Shown one piece after another: positions 34,395 to 45,608 of a DNA stretch of 64,000 nt (positions are counted from its first letter, which is position 1; the number at the start of each line of letters is the position of its first letter). The stretch comes from Nitrospirota bacterium. GTDB lineage: Bacteria > Nitrospirota > UBA9217. The DNA lies in NCBI GenBank assembly GCA_963732675.1, contig CAVTAJ010000020.1, positions 139,887 to 203,886 on the forward strand, read 5' to 3'. The position numbers were made by a program, and so were the translations under genes. The notes below the pieces were generated by a model. It did not search any database. It was not told where the DNA came from and worked only from the letters and a program-made list of their open reading frames with translations.

Positions 34395-36104
34395 ATGAAC
34401 GAGAGTCAGGGAAATATCGAGCAGGATGAGAACGAGACGCCGGATGAAGCAAATCAGCAGAACGAGTTCGAGCAGCTCTACAGCCAGTCGTTGAAAAGCT
34501 TCAAGTCGGGGACCGTGGTGCGGGGCAGGATATTGCAGGTCCGGTCCGGTTTCGTGATGCTGGACCTCGGATACAAATCCGACGGCATCATTCCCGTGGA
34601 GCAGTTTACTCCGGAGGAACTGAAGGCCCTCAAACCCGGCGATGAGCTTGAGGTGCTGCTTGAGGCCGCGGAAGACGCGAACGGCAACCTGATGCTCTCG
34701 CGGGAAAAGGCGAAAAAACTGCAGGTCTGGGACGATCTGAACCGGGCGCATCAGACCGGCACACCGGTGAAAGGACGGGTCGTCTCGGTGATCAAGGGTG
34801 GGTTGACCGTCGATATCGGGGGGGTGGAGGCGTTCCTGCCGGGCTCACAGATCGATACCAAGCCTGTGCACCAGATGAACCGGATGATCGGCCAGGTGCT
34901 GGATCTGAAGATCCTCAAAATGAATTCGGGTCGGGGCAATATCGTGCTCTCCCGCAGGGCCATCCTCGAGCAGCACCTGAACGTGAAAAAGGAAGAAACG
35001 CTCTCCTCGCTCGTCGAGGGGCAGGTGGTGACCGGCACGATCAAGAATGTCACGGAGTATGGCGCCTTTGTGGACCTTGGCGGCATCGACGGTCTGCTGC
35101 ACATTACCGACATGTCCTGGGGCAGGATCAGCCATCCGTCCGAGATCTTGAAAGTGGGCGACAAGATAGAAGTGGTTGTGCTGAAGTATGACAGGGAGAA
35201 GCAAAAGGTCTCGCTCGGCATCAAGCAGAAGACAGAGGACCCCTGGCTTGCGGCCTCCCAGAAATATGCGGTCGGCAGCAGGGTCAGCGGCAAGGTGGTG
35301 AGCCTCACGGACTACGGGGCCTTCATCGAACTGGAGCGTGGCGTTGAAGGTTTGATCCATGTTTCCGAGATGTCCTGGACGCAAAGGGTGAAACATCCTT
35401 CGAAGGTCGTCTCAGTCGGTGATATGGTCGAAGCACAGGTCCTGGCAGTGGACCCGGCCGGCAAGAGGATCTCGCTCGGCATGAAGCAGATCGCACCCAA
35501 TCCCTGGCACAGCATCGGCGATCGCTATCCCGTTGGGTCCGAGGTGGAGGGGAAGGTCAAGACCATCACTGATTTCGGGGCCTTCATCGGCCTGGAGGAG
35601 GGCATCGACGGGCTCATCCACATCTCCGACCTGTCGTGGACCAAGCACGTCAAGAACCCGTCCGAGGTGCTCAAAAAAGGTCAGAAGATCAGGGCCGTGG
35701 TTCTTTCCATCGATGCGCAAAAGGAGCGCATCTCGCTGGGGCTCAAGCAGCTGACGCCGGACCCCTGGGACAAGGCGATCCCCGAGCGATACAAGGTCGG
35801 TCAGGATGAAACCGTCAAGGTGACGAAAATCGCCGACTTCGGTGCGTTTGTTGAACTCGAGCATGGTATTGAAGGTCTGATCCCTGCCTCGGAGATGGTG
35901 AAGGACTCCCCAGCGTTCAAAGAAGGCGATGAGGTGACCGCCCGCGTGATCAAGGTCGACAAGGGTGATCGAAAGATCGCACTCTCGGTCAAGGCGCAGA
36001 TCAAGGGCAATGATCGGTCGACCCTGAAAGATTACATGAGCCAGCAGGAAAAACCCGATACCAGCATCGGCGCTCTGTTGAAGGAACGGACAGATCCATC
36101 ATGA
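34395..36104 (+). CDS. rpsA: 30S ribosomal protein S1 (six S1 domains)
   Basis: Repeated S1 motifs (G..V.G.V..i.d.GaFv.l..gi.GL.H.S). Conserved cmk-(ispH)-rpsA synteny. Confidence 0.93.
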   Translation: MNESQGNIEQDENETPDEANQQNEFEQLYSQSLKSFKSGTVVRGRILQVRSGFVMLDLGYKSDGIIPVEQFTPEELKALKPGDELEVLLEAAEDANGNLMLSREKAKKLQVWDDLNRAHQTGTPVKGRVVSVIKGGLTVDIGGVEAFLPGSQIDTKPVHQMNRMIGQVLDLKILKMNSGRGNIVLSRRAILEQHLNVKKEETLSSLVEGQVVTGTIKNVTEYGAFVDLGGIDGLLHITDMSWGRISHPSEILKVGDKIEVVVLKYDREKQKVSLGIKQKTEDPWLAASQKYAVGSRVSGKVVSLTDYGAFIELERGVEGLIHVSEMSWTQRVKHPSKVVSVGDMVEAQVLAVDPAGKRISLGMKQIAPNPWHSIGDRYPVGSEVEGKVKTITDFGAFIGLEEGIDGLIHISDLSWTKHVKNPSEVLKKGQKIRAVVLSIDAQKERISLGLKQLTPDPWDKAIPERYKVGQDETVKVTKIADFGAFVELEHGIEGLIPASEMVKDSPAFKEGDEVTARVIKVDKGDRKIALSVKAQIKGNDRSTLKDYMSQQEKPDTSIGALLKERTDPS

Positions 36105-37000
36105 AAAAAAATCCCGTCCTGATCGTGGTAGTGACCGCAGTCGTGCTGGGAGCGCTTTTTTTCGGTATTGTGTTCCTGGCGTCGCTGCTGTCCGGGAACA
36201 AGCGGACATCGACGACCCTGCAGATGGTGGGAGCGGACAAAGTTGCGCTCGTCAAGCTTGAGGGGCTGTTGATCACCGCGGAACCGGTGGTCGAAGAACT
36301 GAACGATTATGCCGAGGATTCCTCTGTCAAGGCGATCGTGTTGCGGATCGACAGTCCCGGAGGGGGCGTGGTCGTTTCCCAGGAAATCTATAATGCGGTC
36401 AAGAACGCGAGGAAAGAGGGGAAAAAGGTCGTTGCCTCCATGGGGACAGTTGCCGCTTCGGGTGGTTATTATGTGGCCGCGGCGGCGGACAGGATCGTGG
36501 CCAACCCCGGCACCCTTACCGGAAGCATCGGCGTGAAGATGGAGTTTGCCAACATCGAAAAGCTCCTCGAGAAGATCGGGGTGAGGGGGATGGTGGTGAA
36601 AGCAGGTGAGTACAAGGATGTGGGGTCTCCCTTCCGCGAGATGTCCGCGCAGGAGAAAAAAATTCTTCAGGACGTGATCGACGATGTCCACAGCCAGTTC
36701 ATCAAGGCCGTTGCCGAGGGACGGAACATGCAGGAGGCGGAAGTGCGGGCCATCGCGGATGGCCGCATCTTCACCGGCAGGCAGGCCCTCGATCTCAAGC
36801 TTGTGGACCAGCTGGGAGATCTGGCGGACAGTATCAAGATTGCAGGCGAACTGGTGGGGATCCACGGAAAGCCGAGAGTGATCGAAAAAAGAAAAAAGAT
36901 CCCTTTCTTTGATTATTTGAAGGAAGAATCCGCGGCTTGGATCGCGGACGTTATTATCCGAGGCGTCAGCAGGAGTTCCGTAACATTACAGTATCTGTGA
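36101..37000 (+). CDS. sppA: signal peptide peptidase SppA (36K type)
   Basis: N-terminal TM, S49 motifs (IDSPGG, GYYVAAAAD), catalytic Ser/Lys context. Confidence 0.85.
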   Translation: MKKNPVLIVVVTAVVLGALFFGIVFLASLLSGNKRTSTTLQMVGADKVALVKLEGLLITAEPVVEELNDYAEDSSVKAIVLRIDSPGGGVVVSQEIYNAVKNARKEGKKVVASMGTVAASGGYYVAAAADRIVANPGTLTGSIGVKMEFANIEKLLEKIGVRGMVVKAGEYKDVGSPFREMSAQEKKILQDVIDDVHSQFIKAVAEGRNMQEAEVRAIADGRIFTGRQALDLKLVDQLGDLADSIKIAGELVGIHGKPRVIEKRKKIPFFDYLKEESAAWIADVIIRGVSRSSVTLQYL

Positions 37001-37039
37001 TCCGGATCGGTAAGAATCAAGGAGTGAGGAGGAGAGTGC

Positions 37040-37324
37040 ATGACAAAGGCGGAGCTGGTAGATAAAATTGCAGAGAAGAAGCCGGGGTTGACCAGGAAGC
37101 AGGTGGAAGTGATCGTCAACACCGTACTCGACGGCATCAAGGACGCCTTGTCCCGCGAAGACAAGGTCGAGATCCGGGGCTTCGGTAGTTTCCGGATCCG
37201 CCACCGCCGCGCCAAGGAAGGCAGGAACCCGAAGACCGGCGAGACCGTCTCAGTACCGCCGAAGAAAGTCCCATTCTTCAAGGCCGGCAAGGAAATGCGG
37301 GAGATGGTCGACGGAAAGGCCTAA
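37040..37324 (+). CDS. ihfB: integration host factor subunit beta (HU/IHF family)
   Basis: MTKAELVDKIAEK...RGFGSFRIRHRRAKEGRNPKTGETVSVPPKKVPFFKAGKE is close to E. coli IhfB. rpsA-ihfB synteny. Confidence 0.8.
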   Translation: MTKAELVDKIAEKKPGLTRKQVEVIVNTVLDGIKDALSREDKVEIRGFGSFRIRHRRAKEGRNPKTGETVSVPPKKVPFFKAGKEMREMVDGKA

Positions 37325-38004
37325 ATTCCTCCTGTGACCCCGTCTATTTTAATAATTCCTTTTTGGATCGCAAATTTGATCAGGCCTGCGCGGGTGTGGA
37401 TTTCGAGCTTTTCGCTAATGTTCGTTTGATGGGCGATGACGGTCTTGACGCTGATTCCCAGCATGTCGGCCGCTTCCTTGTGCGTGTGTCCCTCTGCGAC
37501 GAGCTTCAGCACCTGCTTTTCGCGGTCGCTCAGCTTATCGTAGGGGCTCTCGACATCGACCCGCTTCTCTCCATGCAGATAGCCGGCCACGACTTCCGAC
37601 GCGATCGAAGAGTACAGGTATAATTCTCCGCGAATGATGGTCTTGAGCGCGGTGATGAGATCGCTTCCGACCGCCTTCTTGAGCAGATAGCCCGATACAC
37701 CGGCCTTGAGAAATCGTGAAATATACTCCCGGTCCTCGTACTGTGTGAGTACCAGCACCTTGATATCGGGATACAGCTTCTTGATCTCGACGGTGGCCTC
37801 GAGCCCGCCGAGCTTCGGCATATTGATGTCCATGATGATGATGTCAGGCCGCAGCTTTTTTGTTTTCTCAATAGCCTCGAGCCCGTCCGAGGCTTCCCCC
37901 ACAACCTCGATGTCGTCACAGAGCTTCAGAAAGGCGACGATCCCTTCCCGCACCAGGGCGTGGTCATCGGCGATGAGGACCTTTTTCTTAGGCATGTTCA
38001 CCAC
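37321..38004 (-). CDS. NarL/FixJ-family response regulator (receiver + LuxR HTH)
   Basis: VLIADDHALVREG; C-terminal LSDREKQVLKLVAEGHTHKEAADMLGISVKTV. Confidence 0.85.
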   Translation of the reverse strand: MVNMPKKKVLIADDHALVREGIVAFLKLCDDIEVVGEASDGLEAIEKTKKLRPDIIIMDINMPKLGGLEATVEIKKLYPDIKVLVLTQYEDREYISRFLKAGVSGYLLKKAVGSDLITALKTIIRGELYLYSSIASEVVAGYLHGEKRVDVESPYDKLSDREKQVLKLVAEGHTHKEAADMLGISVKTVIAHQTNISEKLEIHTRAGLIKFAIQKGIIKIDGVTGGI

Positions 38005-39850
38005 CTTCCGGCGGCACCAGGGGTATCCTGATGTCCACCCGCGTTCCGAGTCCCGGCATTGAGAACACCTCCATTTTCCCTCCCATCAGGAAGACCCGTT
38101 CTTTCATCCCCAGAAGGCCCAGCCCGCGGCGGTCTTTTATATCACGGTTACTCTGCTCAAAGAGGGAATCGAGGTTGAATCCTTCTCCGTCGTCTTCAAT
38201 ATCGATATGGAGGGAATCACCCACGACCTTGAGGAGGACAAAGACATTCTCGGCCTTCGCATGACGGGCGATGTTTACAATAGCCTCCTGGATGATGCGG
38301 AAGAGCGTTATCTCCATCTCCGGACGGAAACGCCGTTCCTTCACGCTCTCGGCATTCATGAAATAGTTGATCCCATTCTCGCCGAGGTACATATCGAGGA
38401 GCGACTGTATGGCAGCGGAGAGGCCGAGGTCATCGAGGAGGGTGGGCCGCAGGTTCTGGATGATGCCGATGATGCCATCGAATGTTTTTCCGAGGATATC
38501 GCGGATCTTGGTGACCTTTTCCGTCGTTATCTGCTCGGGGTGGAGTTTGCACATGTCGACCCTCATGAGGGCCGCTGATAGTTCCTGGAGCGTATCATCA
38601 TGCAGTTCGCGCGCTATCCGCTTGCGCTCATCCTCCTGGGTCGATATGATCTTCTTGAGCAGCCCTGCCACCCGCTGCTGGCCCTCATTGATCTGCCGCG
38701 TTCTTTCATGAACCCGTGTTTCGAGTTCCTCGGCGTGTTTGGTAATGCGCTCCATGGACTCGACGAGCTTGATTCGCATGGTCTCGAAGCTCTGGCTCAG
38801 GACGCCGATCTCATCGTTCCCGTGAGGCTGGATCGGCTTCGACAGATCGCCCTTGGCGATCCGGTTGGTTCCCCGGATGAGATCGTTCAGCGGATCCACA
38901 ATGCTGCGACTGATGCCGACGGTCAGAATGAATGCGGTCCCGATAAAGATTACGGCAAGTAAGATGAATATCTGCCTCAGGTTTGAGGCCGGCGTGAATA
39001 CGTCTTCCTCGGGTTCCTGGATGGAGATCCCCCAGGGGGCCATCTCGAGCGGGACAAAAGCCAGGATCATGTTCTTCTTTTCGTTCTGGGAGCCGGAAAA
39101 ATGGCAGCTGTGACAGGTCGTCACGCGTTCCTTCTTGTCGCTGATGATGGTGGCGAAGAATTTTTTGCGGTCGCACTGCGTCAGTATGCGGGTGGGGTCC
39201 GAGGATGAGATGATCATGCCGTTCGAGTCGACAATGTCGATGAAGATGTGCTTGCCCTTGTGGAGCAGACCGAACATGCGGGTCAAGGCGGGATTCGTGG
39301 GATCGATCTCGCCGCCCGCCACGCCCGCGGGATTTCCATATTTGTCCTTCATCGGGACGAGGACGAATAAGACTTTTCTACCTATCGGTTCAAGGGTATA
39401 GATGTTCGAAACCATAGGCCTGTTGTCCGCAATGATCCTGCTGATCGGCTCGATGCTTAACAGGTTGATCGCCGAATCCCGGATCTTTTCGGGATAATTC
39501 AGAATGATGTTCCCTCCGGTGTCCAGCAGAAAGACGCCGTCCGTGAAGATCGAGTACCGGTAGGCGGTTTTGAGTGCGTCCCGTTCAGGGCCGAAGTCAT
39601 TGTCGTGCAGATCTATTTTCCCCGAGATCGATATGTCGTACAACCGGTTGATATTGTCTTTAATGATGTTGTCGATATTGTTCTTGATAAGGCGTGCGAA
39701 TGACAGCTTCTCGTTCTGGGAATCTTCGATGTTTTTCTGAATAATGTAGTGACTGGCGATGCTGAATGTCAGCAAAATGATCGAAATGCCCGTTAAGATG
39801 GTCAGGGTTATGCGTTTACGCAGGCTTCCGCTGTGCTCGATCATAGACAA
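38004..39850 (-). CDS. NarX-like sensor histidine kinase (periplasmic Cache-like sensor, HAMP, HisKA_3, HATPase_c)
   Basis: Two TM segments. H-box RIARELHDDTLQELSA (HisKA_3). ATP lid DDGEGF...GLGLLGM. Overlaps the RR start by 1 nt. Confidence 0.85.
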
Positions 39851-39925
39851 AGTATATAATAAGTGGATGGAAAAAGATAGAGGGGGGAATCAGGCCGCAG
39901 GACGATCACGGTCCCCCCTGCCAGG

Positions 39926-40666
39926 CTAGTCATCCACTGGCGCCGGTTCCTGATCATGGGCCTCGTCATGATGCACCCGTATTTCCTCAGGCGTTGTCCC
40001 TTCGATGCTCGCCAGTTCGAGGATGTGTTCATAGATCATCCGTTCCCTTGAAATCCTGCCGGTAAAGATGCTCGTGTTCAGAGGGAACACTTCGGGGCTG
40101 AATATGGCGTTGTAGATATGCCAGAGAACGATGATGATGAAAACGACCATTGCCTCATTCGTGTGCAGCACCTTTGCGGCAGGAATGATCTCTCCGCTTA
40201 TGAACCGGGTGAAGAACAGTGGTTTCCAGAGCACCGCCCCGGTGACGATCATCAAAAGGCCGCCGGTCAGAATGCCCCAGTACTCGAATTTTTGCGTATA
40301 GCTGTATTTACCCCCCGGCGCGGGATACTGTTCATTCCCCAGGTAATACCGGATGTTGTGTACCGCGCTCCGGAAGTCGTTCTTCGTGATCACCATGGAA
40401 GGCTGCCATCGTTTGACGACCAGCCCGAAGGCCGCGATCACGATATGCATAACCACGGCCAACGAGAACAGGACACCCACGCCGCGATGAATGAGCCGTA
40501 CGCTGTCGATGCCGCCCATTTGCAGGATAAACCATCGGGAGATTTCGAAGGTGTATAACTTTTGAGACAATCCGGTGACGACCAGGATGATGACGGCCAT
40601 CATGTGTATCCAGTGCTCTGTTATGCGCATGGCGCTGAATCGTCTATATGTTGTTTGCATGGTCAC
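39926..40666 (-). CDS. membrane b-type cytochrome (Ni/Fe-hydrogenase/formate dehydrogenase cytochrome b561 family)
   Basis: 4 TM helices with conserved His (HWIHMM, HRGVGVLF, HTNEAMVVF, WHIYNAIF). Confidence 0.75.
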   Translation of the reverse strand: MTMQTTYRRFSAMRITEHWIHMMAVIILVVTGLSQKLYTFEISRWFILQMGGIDSVRLIHRGVGVLFSLAVVMHIVIAAFGLVVKRWQPSMVITKNDFRSAVHNIRYYLGNEQYPAPGGKYSYTQKFEYWGILTGGLLMIVTGAVLWKPLFFTRFISGEIIPAAKVLHTNEAMVVFIIIVLWHIYNAIFSPEVFPLNTSIFTGRISRERMIYEHILELASIEGTTPEEIRVHHDEAHDQEPAPVDD

Positions 40667-40729
40667 CTCCCCGGTGAATCACTCTGCCTATCGGCGATCC
40701 GGAGGTGTGAGCTCCGGCATGGGACCGCA

Positions 40730-42172
40730 TCATCTGTTGACCGCATAGCGCCAGATATGCAGAAGGACCTGGAGCACGAACCCGACGAGCAATATGGGAA
40801 TAAATATTTTATATACCAGGCCGGCAAGGAAGACCAGCGGCGCCCGTGTGAGGCTCGGCTCATAGTGTGAGAGCCAGGCATCCGGAAAATTCCCTGTGGC
40901 ATCGGTGTGGCACTTCTGGCAGCGCTTGAGCATATTGGTCTTGATGTTGGTCGCCTCGGCACCCCGGGTTGTCTTGATATTGTGCCTGCCGTGGCAATCA
41001 GTACAGACCGCAATGGTTTTATGCGGTTTATCGGCTTCCCCCTTCTGCATCTTATACAAGTTCAGGGTCACGCCATGAAAGTCGGAGAGGTAGGTCTTCA
41101 CAACGTCCGGTGAAAGCCCGTATTTCCCGATGATTTCCTTGTTCCCATGGCAGTTGCTGCACATCTCGGGGATACGCTCGCGGTAGTCCATGGAAAGCGG
41201 GTCCTCGATGGTATGCGCCGTGTGGCAGTCCACGCATACGGGAACATCCTGGTTTTGTTCATTGATCAGCGCATTGCCATGAACGCTCTTGGCATAGACG
41301 TCATATTCCTGAGCATGGCACTGCTGGCACCGTTTTGCGCTTTCCGTTCGCACCTTGCTGACGCGGTAGATCTCGTGCGACCCGTGGCAATCAGTGCAGA
41401 CCGGTGCATTCAGTTTCCCCTGGCTGAGAACGGTGTAGTGAATGCTCTCGAGGGCCTTGGTATATTTATCGAAGTGGCAGCGCCTGCAGCTCTCCGACGA
41501 GGCAAGGGTGAAGTCCCTTCGGGTCCTGAAATTCCGCTGCGGGTGCTCTTCGGACGAGAAGCCGAAGTGGCAGTCAGAACAGCTCAGTTTGCCATGGACC
41601 GAGGTTTTCAGCCGGAGGGTGTCCACCTTGAGCGGGAGGGTCTCATTGTTCTTAAAGTGCAGAGTTGAGGCATGTTCATGGCATTTCATGCAGTATTGTT
41701 CTTCACTGGTAAAGGAACTCTTCCCCGACAGCCGGGTGACCGTATGGGAACCGTGACAATTGGTGCACACGGGCGGCTTCCCGCTTTTTTCTTCCTGCAG
41801 CAACCCGCGATGGACGGAACGCCGCTTGATCTGTTCATCGGTATGACACCGCCGGCATACCAGCGAAGACCGTATCAGATACTGTGCCTTGGTTTTATAT
41901 ACGCGATTGTGCGGTCCGGTAGTAAGGCCGGGATGACAACTGGAGCAGACCAGGGAATTATGCACGGATGCCTGAAATTTGTCGGCGTCTACGTAAGAGA
42001 TCAGTGATTCATTGTTCTGGAAGAACTTGATGATGCCGGGCTTGGCATGGCAGTCCAGACATCTCCGCGTTTCATCGGAGAGGGGGACCTGGTCCGCTCC
42101 GGCACGGCCGACAACCAGTGTCAGAACGAAGATCAGGACCAACCCCCACAGGTTTCGCGGTGTTCCCTTCAT
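40730..42172 (-). CDS. periplasmic multiheme cytochrome c (~13 CxxCH)
   Basis: Signal peptide MKGTPRNLWGLVLIFVLTLVVGRAGA; RBS AAGGGGG; 13 CxxCH motifs counted. Confidence 0.8.
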   Translation of the reverse strand: MKGTPRNLWGLVLIFVLTLVVGRAGADQVPLSDETRRCLDCHAKPGIIKFFQNNESLISYVDADKFQASVHNSLVCSSCHPGLTTGPHNRVYKTKAQYLIRSSLVCRRCHTDEQIKRRSVHRGLLQEEKSGKPPVCTNCHGSHTVTRLSGKSSFTSEEQYCMKCHEHASTLHFKNNETLPLKVDTLRLKTSVHGKLSCSDCHFGFSSEEHPQRNFRTRRDFTLASSESCRRCHFDKYTKALESIHYTVLSQGKLNAPVCTDCHGSHEIYRVSKVRTESAKRCQQCHAQEYDVYAKSVHGNALINEQNQDVPVCVDCHTAHTIEDPLSMDYRERIPEMCSNCHGNKEIIGKYGLSPDVVKTYLSDFHGVTLNLYKMQKGEADKPHKTIAVCTDCHGRHNIKTTRGAEATNIKTNMLKRCQKCHTDATGNFPDAWLSHYEPSLTRAPLVFLAGLVYKIFIPILLVGFVLQVLLHIWRYAVNR

Positions 42173-42324
42173 GTCGGACCCCCTTACAATACGGGGATGT
42201 GCGCCGTGGCGGGTGATGTCAGTGTTGTGCATGTGCGGGAGCTTATGGTTGTGCTCGATCCGCAGCACCGAGACATCTCCGTCGCGCCGGACATCCCCGG
42301 GAATACTATTCATATGGCCGTCGT

Positions 42325-43563
42325 TCAGTGCGACGCAGTATAGTCCGGGTGTTCCCGGAGTACGGGCATCCGGTTCAGGATCCACCGGAAAATGAGCACG
42401 TGCAGGGTAAAGATCGTAAAGACGACCATCGCCTCTTTCCACACCGGAATAATATGTTGCAAATGGTGCGGCAAGTCCCAGTTCAGGGCGATCATGGAGA
42501 CATTGATCCTGTTCACGATGATTCCGAACACTGCAAGGAATGCGCCGACCCGTACGATACCTGCGCGCATTGTTTTCGCTCCGATGGACAGAATAAGCCC
42601 CGGCAGCAGTACGAAGCCGAATATCTCAACGAGGAACCAGCGCCCGTAGGGCGTGTTCAGCAGGTCCCAGTGGTCGTCATGGGTTACGCCGATCAGCTTC
42701 AAGATGAAATAGACGTAGATGCCCACCGCTGCGCCCTTCCCGAGGCCGACGGTCAGCGGATCCAGGGTGCTGAGAAAATTGTGGTCGGCCTTGTCCCGCA
42801 GGAACTTCGCTGCGAGGGTGCTCACGACGATGACCATAGCGAGCGCCGCGTAGATGCTCGAGCTGAGGAAGAACACCGGCAGGTATGACGAATACCAGAG
42901 CGGGTGCAGTTTGCCGGGCGCGAGCAGGTACATGGCGCCAAGAGCGGACTGGTGAAGTGTCGAAAGAATGATGCCGGCAATGGTCATGCCGATCGTAATC
43001 GTCATCGCCCACTTCCTGACCCTCTGCGATTTAAGCCACTCGAGGATGGCAGGGCTGAATTCAATGAGCTGGACCGTCAGGTAGGTGGCTACATGCCATG
43101 CCACAAGGAACAGGACCGATGCTGTTCCAAAGCTGACTCCCATAGGATAGTAGATGCGCCAGGGTCTGCCGAGGTCGGTCAGGAGGTAGATAACTGCGAA
43201 CAGATAGCCGAGGAACCCCGTGAGCACGCCCAACCGCACCAGCGAATGGTAGCGTTTAAAGCCGAAGATATAATAGGCTGTGGCCATGACGAACCCCGTG
43301 GCCGACAGCGGAACACCGGAGAAAAGCCCCCAGCCGAGAAAAAGGCCCCAGGGGTAGTCGTTCGAGGCATCGGTCACGAAAGCCAGGCCGTAGAAGAAAC
43401 GCAGCACGATGAGCGGCAGTCCGATGCTCAGAATGATCGCGGCGAAGATGTTGAAGGGTGTCATGAGCGATCTGAAGTACTCCGGCCAGGACATCCCCAT
43501 CAGCAGTTTATCCATGAACCAGGACTGAAATTTATCCTGCTTGGCAATAGTGTTGTCGCTCAT
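42325..43563 (-). CDS. NrfD/PsrC-family polytopic membrane quinone-interacting subunit
   Basis: 412 aa, ~10 TM helices. Start overlaps the FeS gene stop (ATGA). Confidence 0.85.
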   Translation of the reverse strand: MSDNTIAKQDKFQSWFMDKLLMGMSWPEYFRSLMTPFNIFAAIILSIGLPLIVLRFFYGLAFVTDASNDYPWGLFLGWGLFSGVPLSATGFVMATAYYIFGFKRYHSLVRLGVLTGFLGYLFAVIYLLTDLGRPWRIYYPMGVSFGTASVLFLVAWHVATYLTVQLIEFSPAILEWLKSQRVRKWAMTITIGMTIAGIILSTLHQSALGAMYLLAPGKLHPLWYSSYLPVFFLSSSIYAALAMVIVVSTLAAKFLRDKADHNFLSTLDPLTVGLGKGAAVGIYVYFILKLIGVTHDDHWDLLNTPYGRWFLVEIFGFVLLPGLILSIGAKTMRAGIVRVGAFLAVFGIIVNRINVSMIALNWDLPHHLQHIIPVWKEAMVVFTIFTLHVLIFRWILNRMPVLREHPDYTASH

Positions 43564-44570
43564 TTGCTTCCCTCCTTCTTATGTGATGCGATTTTCTCCT
43601 CGCAAATCTCATCTTGGTGGCGAACCGCGGCATAGCACATACCGAAGAGGGCCGGCCAGATCGTAAACACGAGCGGGACGGACGAGAGGAAGCCTTTGGT
43701 CAGCTCGATAGGCGGCTTATTGGGGACGTTTTTCGCGAAACCAAGCTGTTCAAACGGTACCCCCGAAATATATATCCAATTCGTTCCCCCTGCTTCATGC
43801 TCCCCGTAGATGTGGTTGACGTATTTGTCCGGGTTCTTCTCGATCCTGTGACGGGCGATCTTGATCAATTCATCCCGCTTGCCGAAGGTGATGGCCCCGG
43901 CCGGACAGGCCTCTGCGCAGGCCGTGATCTTGCCGTTCTTCACCCGTGTGTCGTAGCACATGGTGCACTTGACGATCTTGGGCTCGAGCGCGCTCGCATA
44001 ATCAAAGGCGGGCACGTAGAAGGGGCAGGCAGTCATGCAGTACCGGCATCCGAAGCAGAGGTCCACGTTATACCGGACCGCACCTTCGGGCGTTTTGCTG
44101 TAGGCATGGATCGGACAGGCCGTGGCGCAAGCCGGCTCCTTACAGTGGTTGCACTGGATCTTCCGATAGATCGGAACGTTTTTGTCCTTCGGGTTCTCGT
44201 ACCGGTTGACCACGGTGTAGGCATGGGCGTCCGGTCTCCGTGTCTCGTTGAAGACCGAGACATCGTCAAAGGGTGTATTCGGTTTCGGCAGGCCGTTCTC
44301 CTTGTTGCAAGCGGCTTCGCAGCTGCGGCAACCAACGCACAGCGTGAGGTCGGTCAGGAGGCCATAGCTGTTCGGGTAGCCGGAAAAGTCCTCGGCTGCG
44401 TGCGCCGCGCCGTGTGTTCCGACCAACGTTACTCCTCCGATCGTTGCAACGGTCCCCAGGAAGGCCCTTCTGTTCATTCCGCTGTTTTTCCCCTGTTCGG
44501 AACTATCTACGCCTGCCTTCTCGCCGGAGCTTTCGTCCTTGATGACGGGTTCATTCGGATTTTTATTCAT
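43560..44570 (-). CDS. 4Fe-4S ferredoxin-type iron-sulfur subunit (NrfC/HmcB-like) with Tat signal and C-terminal TM anchor
   Basis: RBS AGGAGAGAAGG. Twin-arginine NRRAFLGTV. Four Cys clusters ([41 protein letters not shown]...CAEACP). Confidence 0.85.
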   Translation of the reverse strand: MNKNPNEPVIKDESSGEKAGVDSSEQGKNSGMNRRAFLGTVATIGGVTLVGTHGAAHAAEDFSGYPNSYGLLTDLTLCVGCRSCEAACNKENGLPKPNTPFDDVSVFNETRRPDAHAYTVVNRYENPKDKNVPIYRKIQCNHCKEPACATACPIHAYSKTPEGAVRYNVDLCFGCRYCMTACPFYVPAFDYASALEPKIVKCTMCYDTRVKNGKITACAEACPAGAITFGKRDELIKIARHRIEKNPDKYVNHIYGEHEAGGTNWIYISGVPFEQLGFAKNVPNKPPIELTKGFLSSVPLVFTIWPALFGMCYAAVRHQDEICEEKIASHKKEGSK

Positions 44571-44618
44571 AGCCTTCTCTCCTTTGAAGTATTTTCTTCT
44601 TTCTCCCCGAGTCCCTTG

Positions 44619-45083
44619 CTATTTGCTTTTGCTCATACCGACCTTGTCCGCCCGCTTGGCATGGCAGATCTCTGTGCAGCCTTTGGGGTCCGTCCCGATG
44701 TTGCCCATGCCCCGGTGACATTTAAAACACTGCTTGTGGTATGCCGTCTTGAGGCCGGGCATGGCGGCGTTGTCGCGGTCAGCGGTGGTGTGGCAGCTCT
44801 TGCACGCCATGAAGCTGTGGCTGACCGAGTTTTTAAAATTCTGCGGGGTGAGCGCATGACATTGCTTGCACGGCAGCCCGTCCGCGATGCCGTGCTCGTG
44901 ATGACACGCGGAACAGTTGCCGGCGATGGAGACATGTTTGGGGTGATCAAATTTCACCGGGGTGTAGGTGTCCTTGAGGCTGTCAAGGACGCTCACCCCG
45001 GGTGCACTTGCCGCAGTGCTCAGATACGCTCCAGCGAGAAGACAAAGGCTTAAAACCACGGTGATGCCGAGTATTTTTCTCAT
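44619..45083 (-). CDS. periplasmic tetraheme cytochrome c3-like
   Basis: Signal peptide MRKILGITVVLSLCLLAGAYLS. CxxCH x4 plus CxxxCH (CSACH, CKQCH, CKSCH, CFKCH, CTEICH). Confidence 0.75.
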   Translation of the reverse strand: MRKILGITVVLSLCLLAGAYLSTAASAPGVSVLDSLKDTYTPVKFDHPKHVSIAGNCSACHHEHGIADGLPCKQCHALTPQNFKNSVSHSFMACKSCHTTADRDNAAMPGLKTAYHKQCFKCHRGMGNIGTDPKGCTEICHAKRADKVGMSKSK

Positions 45084-45121
45084 AAGATCCGTCCCTTTCG
45101 TAGAATTTAGCTGCGGTGGAC

Positions 45122-45526
45122 CTACTTCTTTGCGTCTTTGCCGGCCTCAGCCTGTTTCCGTTTCTTGCCGGTAAAATAAGCTTCCACAGGATTCCAATCA
45201 AAGGACATATCTCTGCCCATAAGGGTGGATACGCCTTTTACGCTCAGGTTCACGACTTCGGCCAGCACCATGAAGAAGAACCCCACGGGCAGCATAACGA
45301 CGTACATCAATCCGATGAACGGGGCGGCCGCTATCTTGCCGGCGTACTTCATGATCCCCCCGGTCTTCTGGAGATACTGCCAGTCCTCCCTGCCGGAGTT
45401 GATGGCCCTGGCGAACGGTTTGGGTTTCAGGACCTCCCAGAATACCATAAATACGGCGATGGAAGCGACGGATACGAGGTATTCAATTCCCTTTACATGT
45501 GTCATGAAATCAAAAAGTGTATACAT
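45122..45526 (-). CDS. small membrane protein, paralog of 45609-45965 (conserved C-terminal SFDWNPVEAYFTGKKRK)
   Basis: 134 aa, two hydrophobic helices, K-rich tail. Confidence 0.5.
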   Translation of the reverse strand: MYTLFDFMTHVKGIEYLVSVASIAVFMVFWEVLKPKPFARAINSGREDWQYLQKTGGIMKYAGKIAAAPFIGLMYVVMLPVGFFFMVLAEVVNLSVKGVSTLMGRDMSFDWNPVEAYFTGKKRKQAEAGKDAKK

Positions 45527-45608
45527 AGCGTTTCCTCCTTAAGTTCCAGCGGATGTTCATCCGCATGATTTTGAAAATCCCCTCACCCCAGGTACGCGGG
45601 TATCTATG

